A DNA stretch of 64,000 nt from Tubiluchus corallicola (Eukaryota; Animalia; Priapulida). The notes under the pieces were generated by a model, which saw only the letters and a program-made list of their open reading frames with translations, did no database searches and was not told the DNA's origin. A program made the position numbers and the translations under genes. Shown here one piece after another: positions 26,100-40,733 of the stretch. Each line of letters begins with the position of its first letter. Position 1 is the stretch's first letter. Location: NCBI GenBank assembly GCA_030141605.1, contig JAQGDQ010000455.1, positions 121,776 through 185,775 on the forward strand, written 5' to 3'.

Positions 26100-27110
26100 T
26101 TGATGGATCCAATCGAAAGTCGTCCAACTTGGCAGCCATTTTCAATTTGGCCCGCAAAATATTGTTGCCACTAGTTTGTGAAGGGCGTATCTTAACTATT
26201 AAAGCACGAACGATGAAAATTTTGATGCGTAAATATAGGTTTTCAAGGTCAATGAATCCATAAATTCTGGTGCTAAAAAGTTCTTATAATATCGTTCAAT
26301 TTAGATTTCAAGATGACTAGCAAGATGGCCCCAAATGTGGCTGCTCGTGTGTAATATAGCCTTACTGCATATTGTTCTGCAAAGTACGATGATGATTTTA
26401 GCATCAGGTGTAGTTATAAATGGCCAAGGAATCCATTCCTTTCCTTCTAAATTAAATTTCATTGAAAAATTTAAGATGGCTGCTGAGATGGCCACAAAGT
26501 GACCTGCCCATAAAAACAAAGTACATTCTAGCGTAAATAAAGCGATAACTTGTTGTCCTGACGATGGTTTTGCACATTGAAAGATTCGTTTCTAACGTTC
26601 GTGATTTCCAAACAATTCAATAAGTGTGTGTGAAGAGAGGGGGGGGGGGATGCAGTTGGCCTTATTGAGAATTCAGTTGAGCCATTGAGGTGGATATTCT
26701 CCGGACCTGAGGTTGAACGAACAATTAGTGAAGTTGAAGCTGCTATTGAAGAATTAAGCGAAAACAGGAGCAAAGGACCGGTGTGACAATAAGCAAAACA
26801 AAGTTTAAATTTACAAAAGAAATGAAAGCACTAACTGAAGTTTCGAAGAAAGTGAAAAATGCATTCCTAGAAGAAAGTGGTAACCAAATACAACGAGTTT
26901 CAAATACGAGAGCTATGGTAGAAGTTGTAACAAACTTATACCTTGGCTAAGTACGTGTTCATGAAATTCTGAATGCCAAAGACTCTGAAAGACAATCAGC
27001 TCCCTCAGAATTCTATCCCTTCACTGGCTGCAACTCAATTTCGGCATTTGCAGGGAAAGCAAAAAAGACAGCTTGGTGCACATGGCACATGTTTGCGTTA
27101 AAGGAGGTAA
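26100..27110 (+). mobile_element. Academ (XPG-type) DNA transposon relic with transposase pseudogene fragments
   Basis: QFNKCV*REGGGDAVGLIENSVEPLRWIFSGPEVER (~26610-26730), NAFLEESG, and VHEI...FYPFTGCNSISAFAGKAKKTAW (~26955-27080, XPG/H3TH-like); GATGGC-rich subterminal region upstream. Confidence 0.7.
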
Positions 27111-28499
27111 TAGAAATATGTGTGTGTCTAAGGAAAACACTTACATCAGCCACGACATACTTTGGCAGATTTGAATAATTCGTTGACATGTTTAGGTTTT
27201 TTAGGTTGTAATGTTTGCTGTGGTTCACACATCCGTTCATTTGATCTTACGTAAAACGCAAAACTTCTAATATTTTGTGTTGTTCCATTTGTAGTAAATG
27301 AGTCTGTCTTTCAAAGAATATCGAGTTTTATTTTTCTCGCCCTACAATTTTTGGTCCCATTCATGTTTATATCCTCTAACTTCAGACAGCGATTACTACC
27401 ACTAAGCTACCAATCCGAGCTTGGCTTCAACGTTTTTTCATCTGTAGACATCTGCTTTCACGAAAATAATATAGCAATTTTCCACTCCGTGTGGTATCAA
27501 TTCGTCAAATTCCGGGGTCTAGCTTATGGACTAATAATACTGGATATTCCCATAACTATTACCAAGTGGCAAGCGTTACTGTTGAGTACCTGGTGCAGGA
27601 ATTTTAGCTACTATTTGTTTGTTTGGCTAAGTCGTTGTAATATTCCTCGCAAAAGATGGCTCTGCTCTGTAGCGACAAAAATTCTTGCGTTATATTTAGC
27701 ATAGTTCTTATTGGGCTATTCCCATATTTGTTATTAATACATAAAGCTTTTACAAAGGTACATACAAACACGAAGTTATAAATGGCCTAGTGCATTGTTA
27801 CACCAAAGGTTAACTCTAGTCCTGGAAGAGATCTGTTGTCCATCCACCCGGCCCTTTTTCAACACACAAGTCAAGTGCGTCAATGTGGGAACAGTGCTGT
27901 TATCAATGCATATTTCTTTTTGTTTTCTTGTTTGACATTGTTAAACTAATGATAATTTCTTGTTTGCATATAAGTTTTTAAAGAAATTACTCAGCATACA
28001 ATAAAAAATCGTTTCTTTCAAATGTAAAACGGGCTAATAATGGGCCTATATAACTCATTAAAAGTTAAGGAACAAGCTTTCACATTTTATAGCTCACAAC
28101 AATTAATATTGTTAGCTTTTAGGATTAGCGGCTATAGATAACTAATTTATGTTGATCAGAAGCTACCGTTACACAGACAAAGAACTTGTCGCTATTAGGA
28201 AATTCGAAAACAATGTATGCATTTTGTTTGTTTGATTTGTATGCATATCGTAAACAGGTACAAAAGGTGAAGATATAAACAGATAAAGACAGATAGAAAA
28301 GTAAAGACAAATATTAAATGTTGGAAAACTGGAAACAAAGTTTGTGATTTGTCTGCAAGTAAGTGGTTGTGTGTAACCTTCCGGCCCACCAAAGGCCACA
28401 TTATATATAAAAAATAATAAACGAAATATGTTTAATAAAAAGTAAAGTTTGTGATTTGCTCAGCATATATAAGCATATCAGCATACGTCTACTGTGATG

Positions 28500-28740
28500 C
28501 AAGTCTCTTTTAGAATCACTTGTACAATTAGTAGCCGCACAGTAATGGAATGTAGATAATTTACTGGATTAGTTGAATAAGTTTGAGACACGTTATTATT
28601 AATAAAGTAGGTCTTTTCATAACAACATTCCACAGGGAAGGGCAATTTTCTTCGATCAGGATTGACTTCTGCGATATAGTAAGACAATACAACAAGTGTT
28701 TCCATGTTAAAGCGAAACTGGACCAAATCTTAAACTGTAG
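28500..28740 (-). mobile_element. Very old LINE reverse transcriptase relic
   Basis: Broken pieces SYY.., IALPCG (~I.CGVPQG) and SSKLSTFHYCAATN (~YADDTN). Confidence 0.3.
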
Positions 28741-28758
28741 GTCAAATTCTCCTGCCCT

Positions 28759-29319
28759 TTAAAATATTGAAAGGAAACATACCATTTTTTCAAAAATGAC
28801 TTACGTGAAAGAATTATTACCACACAAAAACAATTTCACGTTCGCGCCACTAGTTCTTCGCGGTTACATGCATTTCGCCATTCGCTAGTTAGACTAGCAC
28901 TAGCGCCTCTATTTCGGAAACGGATTGCACAAAAAAACAGGTGCTGTAGCTTTCAGTTCAGTTGAGTTAGTTTGTGACGAACTAACCACGTTCGACAACT
29001 CGTGCGTGAACACAGCGGTAAATTTGAAATTTGAATTTTTATCTTAAAACTTACCTAGTTTTAGTACTGAATATCTTACAGTAGCACTGTACTTCAATTT
29101 TCGCTTTCGCAAACACACCCAATGGAATATTTTTTCTGTTGAAAATTATAATAGTTTGTGATGTCATCTATAGTTGGGCTCGCCCGCCGTTAACTATGTT
29201 TTTAATCTATTATTTAATTATCAGAAATGTTTTTGCAGTATCAACTGTGTTAAAATGTGTACTTTTTATCGGACTTGAAAATGGGGTGGTACATAAAAAA
29301 TCATCCTGTCTTCCTTTAA
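28759..29319 (-). mobile_element. Dispersed repeat family A, copy 2 (most complete)
   Basis: TTAA at both ends (28759-28762 and 29316-29319); reverse complement matches 16750-17170. Confidence 0.7.
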
Positions 29320-30133
29320 GATAAAACACTGGTAGTTGGGAAATCACATATTTCAATAGTAAGGTCATTATGTAGAAACTCCTTCTTCCCAATGATTTCA
29401 CTTTTATAGAGCAATTCAATCGGCACGTGTGAATAAGAGGAAATAACCAAGAACACATTTCTCCGTTGGTTTATTACGTTTGTGTTTATTGTCCTACTTG
29501 CGAGAATTGCGCTGAGAAATTTTTGATTAATTCTGAGACCCAACACGTTTTAAGCAGTCTCGCATGTACCGCTTGTGATTTAGCACTGCAGAATGCATAT
29601 GAAGGATGCCCATAGGATTCAGCATATTCTAGAAACAGGTTCTTCAGCATTGCGTGAGAGGAAGGGAATAACTATAAGAAGCTGGCCATAGTGTTTGAAT
29701 GTGATCGGTACAGTCCGAATTATTATTGCGTTTATAGCTTAACTAAAACGAGAGAAGTGACCATGAGGCAGCTTCAGCCTACAATAATAATAAGTCATTA
29801 ATATTAATGAGTTATAAATGTAAATATTTATATTTTGTTTCCGGAATTATGAAACTTAAATTTGTAACTCGCACGATAGTATTTTTTTTTATTAGATTTT
29901 CGCGTTTTTTCTAGTTTTTTTATCAGCACGTCATTCTGAATCTCGATGGCTTATATTTCTATGAAGGCTCATCTTAGCACGATTTACTGCATTTTACAGT
30001 GTAGATTATTTTTTTATTATTTTGGTCATTAATCTCACTTTGTATTGTAAAACAATACACAATATATTACAGAAATCAACATTACATTATCATCATGATC
30101 CTTATCATCATTAACAATATCGTAGTTTTATCT

Positions 30134-30221
30134 TCATCATCGTCATCATCATCATGATTACCGTCGTCGCCATCATCGTTATCATCGTCGTCGTCGTCAT
30201 CATCATCATCATCATCATCAT
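30134..30221. repeat. (ATC)n/(GTC)n trinucleotide tract
   Basis: Direct reading. Confidence 0.9.
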
Positions 30222-30836
30222 AATCTCCATCATCTCACACTTCCTTCGTCTCTAAACTAGCTACATTTAAATAAATTTGTGTGCTCATGCTTTTCTGTAT
30301 GCGTTTCTCATGCGTTCGTATAAGCATGGAACAGGAGTCCTAGGCTGCACACAGAGCTTGTAAATCCATCAAAACTGCATTAAAATTAAACATTTATGGA
30401 CTTAGTCACTTTATGTGATTTGGGAAATATAGAACTAGATAACCGTTTCAGAATGAAGGTCTCAAGACAAATAGGATGAGATCGGACTTATGGTAGAAAA
30501 TAATAATCATGTTAACATTCGCTTTGATTTTGCTTTAAACTTCAGTAAAGTTTCTGCAGGCACCGGGTGTTAATGCAATAATGGCATGTCTTTTCAGTTC
30601 TCTGAAAAGTCGTAGGTGAATTTAATCATTTATGAGTAACTTAATAATTGTCCCCCGATATTTTACGTTGAATGCAGTCTAGTCCATTTCACGAAATTTG
30701 ACCAATCAGAAGCAAATTATAGTTATGAGACATATTTGAACGCAAGACTGGTGACACTTGGATTGTCAATTAATTTATTTGCACTGTGAGTCGAATAAAG
30801 TGCTTAAAGGAAGATACCAATTGCGTACCAATTGCT

Positions 30837-31210
30837 TTAAAGGAAGATAGGATGATTTTTCACATACTACCGTATTTTCAAGTACGGTATAAAGTATTTT
30901 AACACCAATAGTACTGGAAAATCGTTTCTGATAGTTAACATCTTAATTAACGGCGGATGAGCCCAACTATTGATGACATCACAAACGAACATAACTTTTA
31001 ACAGCGAAAATGTTCCAAGAGCAAGTAGCACGTGTTTGCAAAAGCGAAAATTACTGTACTAAAACTCGGCACGTTTTGAGATAAAAATTCTAATTTCAAA
31101 TTTATCGCTGTGCTCACGCATGAGCTGTTGAACGTGTGCGGTACATCACAAACGAACACCTCTGAACAGAGAGGTGCTGTGCCTCTTTTTTGTGCAACAC
31201 ATAAGCTGGT
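30837..31210 (+). mobile_element. Dispersed repeat family A, copy 3, truncated at the LINE tail
   Basis: TTAA|AGGAAGATAGGATG start; cgctgtgctcac...gaacacctctgaac block shared with copy 1. Confidence 0.7.
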
Positions 31211-31219
31211 GTTTTTTCG

Positions 31220-34200
31220 CCTATTTCTCATTGTTCTTCTGCTTCTCAGCCATCTTTTACTTCTTTTCCTTCATTTCATCTTCTCTCTTTTTCTCTTTCC
31301 CTCTTTCTGGAATATATGCCTGGCATACATCTTTATCTCTTTTTAGATAAAACTCGCTTCTGTTGGTTGAAGGCAGAACTTGTCTTAAATTTATTCAAAA
31401 TTGGTGGTCTAACCAAATCACAGTCAAATATAATGTGTTCTAGTGTTTGAGCAGTTGCGTTATTACAATGACAGCAATCTGTATTTTGTTCACCTATTCT
31501 ATACCGAAATGATTTAGTTCCTCTATTTAAAAGTAAGTTTAATGCATTTGTTTCAAATAAGCCTTTCGTAATGCGTTAGTGGTAAACACAGTGGCGTTAA
31601 CATAGGTGTAGGTCCTTCTTGTGGATCTTGTGGTAAATTTGCTATTTGGGTACAATAATAAAATCTTCTTTCCCATTGGGTTGTTAAAAATTCCGAGCCA
31701 TCCTTTTTACTATAAATAAAGTTTTCCCTAGGGAGATTTGACAATGTCTCGTTTCTCATATTTACGCCCTTTGTAATCTTCAAAAAAGACTTGGTAGTGA
31801 ATTTTTGCGGGATGCACACAATATCTAGCATTATTTCGCATGGTTTCACATAGAGCTATTTCCTTTTTAAGTAGATCATTTTCTGGATTGGCTAACACTT
31901 TTAACATAAATTTACTACATATATTATCATACGTTATATCAATGGGAGGGACACCACAAATATGCTAGATTTCATTTTTGCTAGGATTGTATTCTACACC
32001 CGCTGCTATTTTGACAACATCATGCCACAGGTCTTCGAAATAACTATGCTTTTTGACCATCCAGGCAACTAATCCATAGAAGACGGTAGGTTTCAAACAA
32101 CTTTATAATGGTGGACATTTTCATACCTTTATACTTAAAAGATAACTTTTTAATGTTGTGGCATTTTTTACAAGCTTTTTGTTTGTCGACAGTTACTCCT
32201 AAACATTTAGTATGATTTACGTTACTTATCGACTTTCGTCCAATTTTTTGCGTTGGTATGGCATTTTCATTTACATTACCAAATATAATAGCCTCAGTCT
32301 TGTATGCGGCTGAGGACATTATAGAGACAAAGGTGACAAAACTGAGCCTCGAGGGATTCCTATATGGCATTGATATTCTGCTAATATAAATTCATTTACC
32401 TTAATCACAATCGTCCTATTTTTTTAAAAAAAACTACAGATTACATTCAGTAAATTACATTTGACACCAGACTGTATCAGTTTAAAAATTAAGCCATTTA
32501 TCCAGACACCATCAAAGGCTTTCTGGAAATCGCAAAATATCGCAATGCCGAGTTGCCTTTAAGTCTCTTTCTCTCAACAACTGAAACCAGCCTTAGTACA
32601 TAACGATTTGTATTACGCCCTGGCTTGAACCCTTCCTGTTCTATATCAATAATATTATGATCGTTAAACCACTTCCTCAACCGGTTTTCAATAAGTTTCT
32701 CAATTATTTTGCTGAAGTAAGATGTAATAGTAATGGGCCTGTAGTTAGATGGGTTACTGTAGCCGTTTTTGCCTTCTTTGCGTATGAAAACTACTTTTGC
32801 TTTTTGCCAAGGCCATATTCTTTTCGTTAAGCACAAATTAGCTAAGTTCAGGGGTACACTTTTCCCCAAAAACCCAGTATGCTTTGCCATGATCGGGTGG
32901 TTTCTGTCAATGCCCATACTTTTATCATTTACTTTCACGCTGTTTATCGCAAAATTTAATTCATTCATAGTGAAGGGTTTATTATACCAAACGCTATACG
33001 GTTCTTCAAAATTTATGCCTTGCACTTCATTCTCTATATGGTGATACCATCCCTGATCAAAATTATTTCCCCTAAAATGCGCCCTAGCAAAAAACGTGTT
33101 ATACAATATCTTACATTTATCTTCATCTTTTACATAATATTTTCCCTGCCATTTCAACACAGCAACCTCATTCTGGCAATTTTCAACAAACACTTTTTTG
33201 TAAGTTTTCCAGAAAGCTTTACCTTGCTGGACATTAAAGTTGACGGTATTTCTAACAGCCCAGTCATTTAAATCTGCAGCTAACAAGTTTTCAAACTGAG
33301 TCTTTTTATCAAGATATGCATTCACATTGACATAACTGGAGTGTCGCTTGTAGTTCTTTCTTAGTTGTCTGAGTTCTGTGATAGTTCAGATAATTGTGAT
33401 GTCCAAAATGGCTTGCTGTGTGTGCAGATAAGTTTAGTCACTAATGCTTCACAACAGCTTTCCTGAACAGATTGTAAAAAGAGTGTCCACACGGCTTCTG
33501 CATTGTTGTTTTCTAGCTCTGCAGCAATTTCGGTGAAACATCGTCCTAAATTATTTTCAAGAGCAGCTGACCATTGAGTCCAATCGCTATTTTTAAAGTC
33601 ATAGCAGACTTTAGTATTGTCAGGTTTTGGACCACCTGCTCTAAACTCAGTAGTTACAGGGAAATATCCCATTTGCGGTGCTCCTGTAAATAGCTCAACA
33701 TCGGTGTGCACTGTTTGTGTTAAAATACCACTTGCGCTACATTTAGATGTTAGAATGATATCTATGATCCTCCTTCCGGTTATCGATTGAAAAGTTTCTA
33801 TGTTGGGCACAATAAAGGCTAAGTCCATATTATTATCTGCAAGTAAGTCGTTTATAAGCCTTTCATGAGTGTTCAAGTTGTGCACCCATGCATAACTACG
33901 CTCGTTTAACTCTCCAACGGATAGAAAATTGGTCATATCATGAGTCTCGCAAATTTATAAGCATTTTTAATATTTTTCACATATATTTCCACTAGTTGAG
34001 GAGTGTTAGGTGCAATATATGTAGAGTTTATCAAATATTTCCTGCCATAAATGTATGCGATAACCTAGACAGTATCTAACTCAGGAGATTCCAGTTCAGG
34101 CACTCTCCAGCTGGTGAAGCCAGTTGTAATCATTAGACCACTCCCACCAGAATATCCTTTGGATGGTTTTGCGTAACTGTTGTAGTTGGATAATGATACT

Positions 34201-35170
34201 TGCGCTATATCTTTTTCAAGCATTTTGATCTCCGCAAGGCCACAATATCACACTGATGATCATTGACAAAGGTATCAACTGCTAATTTCGAGTGATTAAA
34301 AAATTTGTTTATGTTTATTTGGCACACCTTCAATGTGTTGTTTATACTAGCGAACATGGCATGTGCCGTATGCTTCCCCATTTATGCGAGCTTGCTCCTG
34401 TTTGTAGATAGGGCAATCCCTGGACCAAGATCTGTGACCAACTTTGCAGTTTTTGCACTTTTCCTCATCATTTTTGCAATCATCTGTCTTATAATTTTCT
34501 GCACAGTTTCCACAGACCACGTTGCGAGCGCACCATTTTGCGACATGACCATAGCTATAACAATTGTAGCAAATCAATGGCCTATTTTTGAAAACAAATT
34601 TCTCCACACCACAATATATTTTTCCAACTGGAATACCTTCTCGCATTGCCAGATCGAGGCCTTTCTCTTTTTCGTCTAAATCTTTCAATTTTGGCATCCC
34701 AAAATGCACGACAAATGTCCTCTTTTAGCTCATCATCTGTCAAGGACGTATCGCAATCTTCGAGAAGACCGATTGCGTTTTGTTTTGGTTTCCTTTCTGC
34801 AGTTTCGGTACCAAGGAAATTTTCTCTCCGACCCTCCATGATTTATCAAAACACCGGTCACAGATTGCTATTGATACCGTTTTCTTGTTGACAGGTTTTT
34901 TTGCATTCCTACACAGAACACAGCTTTTCCTCTCGCCATCAGCAATTTAGACAATCTGGAGAAACAGTTTGTGTTTATTGTACGACCAGTCTGCGGCCTG
35001 ATGATCTCATTAACAAAGAATAGGCCAATTCAGGCCTATTCAACTAGCACAATAGCTATAATTAAATGCGACTTGTGTGTAATTTCGATTCTTGCCAAAA
35101 TTTTGGATACATTTAAGATAGTTTATCGTTTATATTGTTTAAACCGCAGTTTATTGTTCCAAAATTTTAA
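31220..35170 (-). mobile_element. Near-full-length decayed LINE (I/Jockey-group architecture)
   Basis: ORF1 knuckles CYNCYSYGHVAKWC, CGNC and CKNCKVGHRSWSRDCP (34347-34709); APE region with IDIILTS (33361-34300); RT with SNYRPITITS and EQEGFKPGR (32498-33325); C-terminal CCHC DCCHCNNATAQTLEHIIFDC (~31420-31480); many frameshifts and stops. Confidence 0.9.
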
Positions 35171-35301
35171 AACCTTCGGTTTCTCCGCTCTTTATATACA
35201 CACATGCAAAATATATCAAGTAGCACAAAATTTCCACCAGAAAACACTGAAAATCGACTGGAGATTTCTTAATAGATTTGCACATAGGTTTGCATATGCG
35301 C

Positions 35302-35457
<156 letters not shown>

Positions 35458-37690
35458 AGAATGAGAGAACCAGACAAAGATAATGAAAGAGAAATAGAAA
35501 GTGTGAGTGTGCGTGCGTGAGTGTGTGTGTATGTGTGTGTGTAGAAAATAGGGTTTATTTATTATAGTTGATCAGCATACTAACAGCAACAACCTGTTAA
35601 TTAAATTAAACTACATGGAGTTTCAAACCAGTTTTTGCCTGAACACGATCCTGTCGGCGTTTTTGATATTCCGGAATTATTAACTGATTTCAGTTTTCAG
35701 GCATTAGCAGCACGGATGTGAATATTTAGTTTTGCAAGTTTCTGTTCTTGCTTTTTTATCGTTTAATTAGATAGCAATGTTCGGATTTTCGAAGTGCATA
35801 GATTCCACTTAAGCGATACAGGTTTAATTCTGTATGGGTTTCAAGCGAAAGTTATACAGGCTTCAATGCACTCCCGCAAACAGGATGGACACCATTTTTA
35901 GCTCGACAGTTTACATCACCGTATCACTGAAAATACAATTTTTTTTCATCTGTAATAAAATCTAGTCAGATTTAAGTTTTGTCATCTCTCCTCTGCTGTG
36001 AGTCAGCTCTCTAACGGCTGACTTTACGGTATAATCAATTAAGACGAGTGCGAGTAAGACTGGCGATGCAGACATAGTAAAAATATATGAAAGTAAATAA
36101 TCTTTGAATGGTAGAGTGATGATATACGTGTCATGAGAGGAGGGACAAATGTAAAGCATAATCGGTGAAATTCATAAAAGAAAGGTTTGTATCATTGGTT
36201 TATGTATCAAGTAATGTGAACGTTCATTGTGCGAACCCAACCAAAAGGGGATGGACGATGTGATTAGTTGGTTGTTGGTTGGTTGGTTAGTTGGTTAGAC
36301 GGTTGGTTGGCTGATTGGGACGTTGATTGATAGCTCAACAAGATGAACTGCTGGAATCACTAAACCACAAGTGGAGAAATCAAAGATTTAAATTTAATTT
36401 CATAAAGTTTTTATTCTTACGAATTACAGTTTTTAACTAAACCTGTTTCAAATTTTTGTAGTTAGGTTCGGAGTTCACTAATTGCGCAAAAACCGTTAGC
36501 ACAACAGCAAATAAATTTAACATTTTGTCAGCCGGATTACAATGTCGACTTCGAGTGCAAATCGATTTGATCGCTTTCTATAGCAGAACTGAAAATTGTC
36601 ATTACGAAACGCATTAAAACCGCTGCTTGACACGCAATAAACTAATGAGAATGAAGTTACAGCAGTTTCACTTTAGCTAAAATGAGTGAATAGCCTAAAC
36701 TGAAGCCATTTTGTACAGCTATTGAACATACGCCAGCTCAACTGCGATGTATTAACATGATTATTATTTCAGCTTAATCGCTGAAATGCACGCAGTCGAT
36801 GCTATACGGTCGATCTTATTTTCCCAACGGCATCGCTGACTTCGCTTAGTGTTTGGATAAGTGACTGACCGAGCGGTACTCTTTAAATTGCTCGCAAGTA
36901 GTAAAAATAGTAAAATATGAAGTCTGTCAATAATTGCCTTGGCCAATGGAACGCAGATCAGTAAAGCACGCTGATCATCTCTGGAGTTTGCCTCAAGAAG
37001 CGTTCACTAGTAAATCTCTACGAGCCTATTGCATTTCGTTATGGGCAGGTAAAATAGGCCTAATATTTGTAAGCTGAGAAAATTTCATGTCATACTCGCA
37101 AATGATGATAGTGTTTCGCACACCTGTCAGGTCACCAAAAAACTAAGTCACAAGGAATTCTACAATCAAGCAGTGTTATCAGTTTTGGTTGGGGGTTTCA
37201 CTTGGCAACCAAAAAAAGATCTAAAAAATCATATAATCCAGAACAAACTATCTTGTATTTTAAACAAGACATATGCGATACAGACTAGATTTTTTTTATT
37301 AAACTGCATTCATAATAATTAAAAATTACTAAAAACCTATATAAAAAAACCTGGTCACAGATTGGAACAACATTTGCACGCGTAAAACAATAGTTCGTCT
37401 TATGTAAAATTAAAAAAGCACCTTTTTTGTTTGAAAGATAACATTTCAAACAAATGTGTCAAGTGGTCTTTTTTTATTTTAGTAGCTGTATTATCTTTCT
37501 ATCTGCAAACTAAATGAAATAGAAATTAGCCAAACTGGGTGTCGTTCGCTATTCTAAGAATATTTTAACAATTTTAAACGCAAATTCATTATGTTGGCAC
37601 AGCTGAGCTAATCAGTGACTGAAAAGCATTCTTGGCTCCAAAAAGTATTTGCCTGACTTTTGGCGTTTCTGTGCACTGCATTGTTTTCTA

Positions 37691-38735
37691 GCGCATTTCG
37701 AGGACGCAAAATTCCTCAAGGAAAAATTCCTTGTGGCGTTTCTCACGAAAATGGAATACATTGCTTTCTATGGCGAATTTCTCAGTGACGCCTCACGAGG
37801 AATTTTCCTGGTTCAATTCCTCATGAGGCATCCTGCTGCCAGCTAGAAGCTGTGTGTCCTCCTCATGATGAAAATTGCCGCACGGAAGAAACACTGGATG
37901 TTACATTTTCGGAGGAATCCTCGCGGAATTCAGATTAAAATTTAACTGCTCAATTACTTCTTTCTTGTTTAACGAACAACAGTTAACACATTTCAGCATA
38001 AAATTACAAGATTTAATCTCGTTTTTAATAGACTGACGATTTTACGTTTTATTAATGCAACATTAATGGCTATATTCGTGAAAAAGAAAAATAACGCACG
38101 CATATTCTTATTTTGTACATGTATATTTTCTGACTTTGAAGTGGTTAGCACAACATTGCTAAAAAAATAAACAACGCTGGCATTACATTGACTAACATTA
38201 TTAATTGTATTTTGTACATGAGAAATGCGGCAATATAACTTAATTTAGACATGACTATACAGTATAAAATGTCAAATTACAAAGTTAGAGAGTCAAAGCA
38301 GTCACTGATGTTTACATCCTTTTCTGTAATCGAGTCCTGCAGCAAAACTAATAATTCGTTGAAAGTGTCCGGAGTCATTCTAGTGTATCCATAAGATTTC
38401 TCCCGATCGTCTCCCAGATGCCCATATAAAGTTGCAACAACACCATGGTGCTGTTTTGTTTCGTTAATTGGATGCACCAAATAAAGGCGGTCATTAATAC
38501 TATCGTAATAATTGTAAGCACTCAGCAAAAACATGACGTCGTCTTCATTGTCCATGGTGACGCTTAATAGCTAGAAACCTGCAATTCGCAAAGTAGCTAA
38601 TGGACGCGCGGAAAAAACCGCTCGGTTTCAATGTGAAATGAACTTTTTTGCTGTATGGTTTGGAGAAAAAATTGCTGTCGGAAAATGTTCTGATTTTCTG
38701 AATGCAATTCCGTGCGTCCTCACTGTGAAATGAGC
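37691..38735 (-). mobile_element. Deleted PIF/Harbinger transposon retaining the transposase N-terminus (38277-38555)
   Basis: YLVHPINE..HG...LY..L.DD.EK.YGYTRMTPDTFNELL matches the HARBI1-type N-terminus; imperfect TIRs gcgcatttc-gaggacgca / tgcgtcctcactgtgaaatgagc. Confidence 0.75.
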
Positions 38736-39205
38736 TACGTTTTACGTCCGCAAAAGTTGTTTCCACTGCTCCCGTACTCACTCCGTACAATACGTCGCGA
38801 ATGTGGCAAAAATTTTAGCGCGAGATTGTAAACATGATACCACGTTTTAGAAGAAAGAAGTTTTATTTTGCTGTGGTGGTTCAAGAAAAAGGCAAGTAGG
38901 CGATACATGAAGCGACAACATCCTTTTTAGGTTCACCCAATTTTTGAAAACCATGAACATCGAGGCGAATTGCAATAACTTGTAATGGATGAAGAAAGGT
39001 GCCTAAATTATTTGAGAATGCAGTCTGCAACTTTCCAAATTTTATTTGATTAAACGTTCGGTGTTGTATTTCAACTGAACAGCGTCTTGTTGTTACGTTA
39101 AAATAAACAAAGCCAACAAATAATTTACTGTACTTTAGCATGAAATTATTACAGTATTAAAAGTTTTAAAAATTATTATTATTATATATTATAATATATA
39201 ACACA

Positions 39206-39262
39206 ACATGACATGACATGACATGACATAACATAACGTTACATGACATAACATAACATAAC
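39206..39262. repeat. (ACATG)n(ACATA)n pentanucleotide tract
   Basis: Direct reading. Confidence 0.9.
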
Positions 39263-39274
39263 ATATACTATAAT

Positions 39275-39795
39275 TTTAAAAAAAATTCGTGAATCATAGA
39301 ATCGCAAAATCAGACCTAAATTTACGGAAACGCTAACTTTATAACAAAAACTAAATGTATTTTACCCACCGCTGCTTTGTAAAACCTCTGTGACTGCATT
39401 TGGGATTACTTTTGTCGTACAAATCAGGTCTAATCTCTACAGCTAGTGCGATTTGCTCGTTCTCCATTATGAAAATGAACTTGTCCGTCCGAAGAAAAAA
39501 TGATTGAGTATGTGGCTTTCCGTGCGGATGCAGTGGAAACGGCAAGCACGTAAAACAATGATTTGCGAAGGCGCGCTGTTACTTCAATATTTTTCCGTGT
39601 GAGTCATACAGAATAAATCCGTATCTGTGCGGACGCAGTGGAAACGCGGCCTTAGATGGGAAAAATCACATTACTGTATAAGTAAACTAGGCACTGGCAG
39701 ACGTAGTACATAGGTGAAAATATACAAAACTTAGAACATGATCAAAGTGCTAGGCGAGGATTATCGGCGGTGTGAATTCCGCGAAAATAGTACTA
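39275..39795 (-). mobile_element. Harbinger end with MADF-domain gene start, duplicated copy 1
   Basis: MENEQIALAVEIRPDLYDKSNPK...FTKQRW (MADF-like); TIR-like GGCCGCGTTTCCACTG next to TTA at ~39636-39654. Confidence 0.65.
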
Positions 39796-40733
39796 AAAGA
39801 ATCTTTTGATGGTTAGTGTCTCAAAACCTAGGCCGTACGTGATTGCGTTCTTAATGATTAGTTTGTAGATTGTACTGTGTGTGTGTGTACCGCGTGCGTG
39901 CGTGCGTGCGTCGTGTGTAGGATTTTACGATTCTAAGTGGCTCCGAATTATGTTGTGATTCATGAACCTTTGCAATTTTAAACCGTGATTAGAACTTGGA
40001 CTTTTTTGGTTGACGATTCTGCCAAATGCTGCTTCCTTAAATCCCAACCCAGTGTTTTACCTACTGTAACCATGATTATTTATCTACAAGCTAACCCCTC
40101 GGGAACCCTCTCTCCAACTTAACCACTGAGCCTTTATTTTTGTACGAACACTTCTACGTAGTGAATATTTGGAGCAGTGTATAGCAAGATGGCATTTTTC
40201 TCTTAAATAATCGTCATCAAGCGTCATGTTATGCGTTTTTCATTTTTCTATTTGTTCGATTTTATTTTTGTAATCTCTAAGTGCTTCGGTCGATAATGGC
40301 AATGAATCCGATTCAGTTCCAAACATTAATAACATTTTTTCTAAAAAAACGACCTTCAGACCAAACTACAAGTGCAGCAACTTCTTTACATTATCCAAGA
40401 TCGAAGTAACATTAACGCTGACTTGTTTTCTTATTACTCGGATTTAAGAGCTCTAATTCAGTTGTCTGTATCAAGTATCAATAATCTCAATGAACTAGCC
40501 ATTGCAGTACGAACTATAAATATATCAGAACATGAGCTAAGTGAGTTGTGTGTAAAATCATCCGAATTATTTACGTTAGCGTGGAATTCCAGACTCGTTT
40601 TTTGCCTTTGCAGCAGAACTAGATAGGACTCAGCACGTGTTCGTACGATGGCTTGTCGTCTCGTACTTTTTTGTAGAGGCTCTGGAAGTCACGCAGTAGA
40701 AGTGCTGACAAGGTTCATTATTGAAACAAAATA

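Noticed and set aside
28478-28726. ZP-domain-like exon (PFPVECCY)
   Set aside because: No splice context or partner exons; other frames fit a decayed LINE RT better
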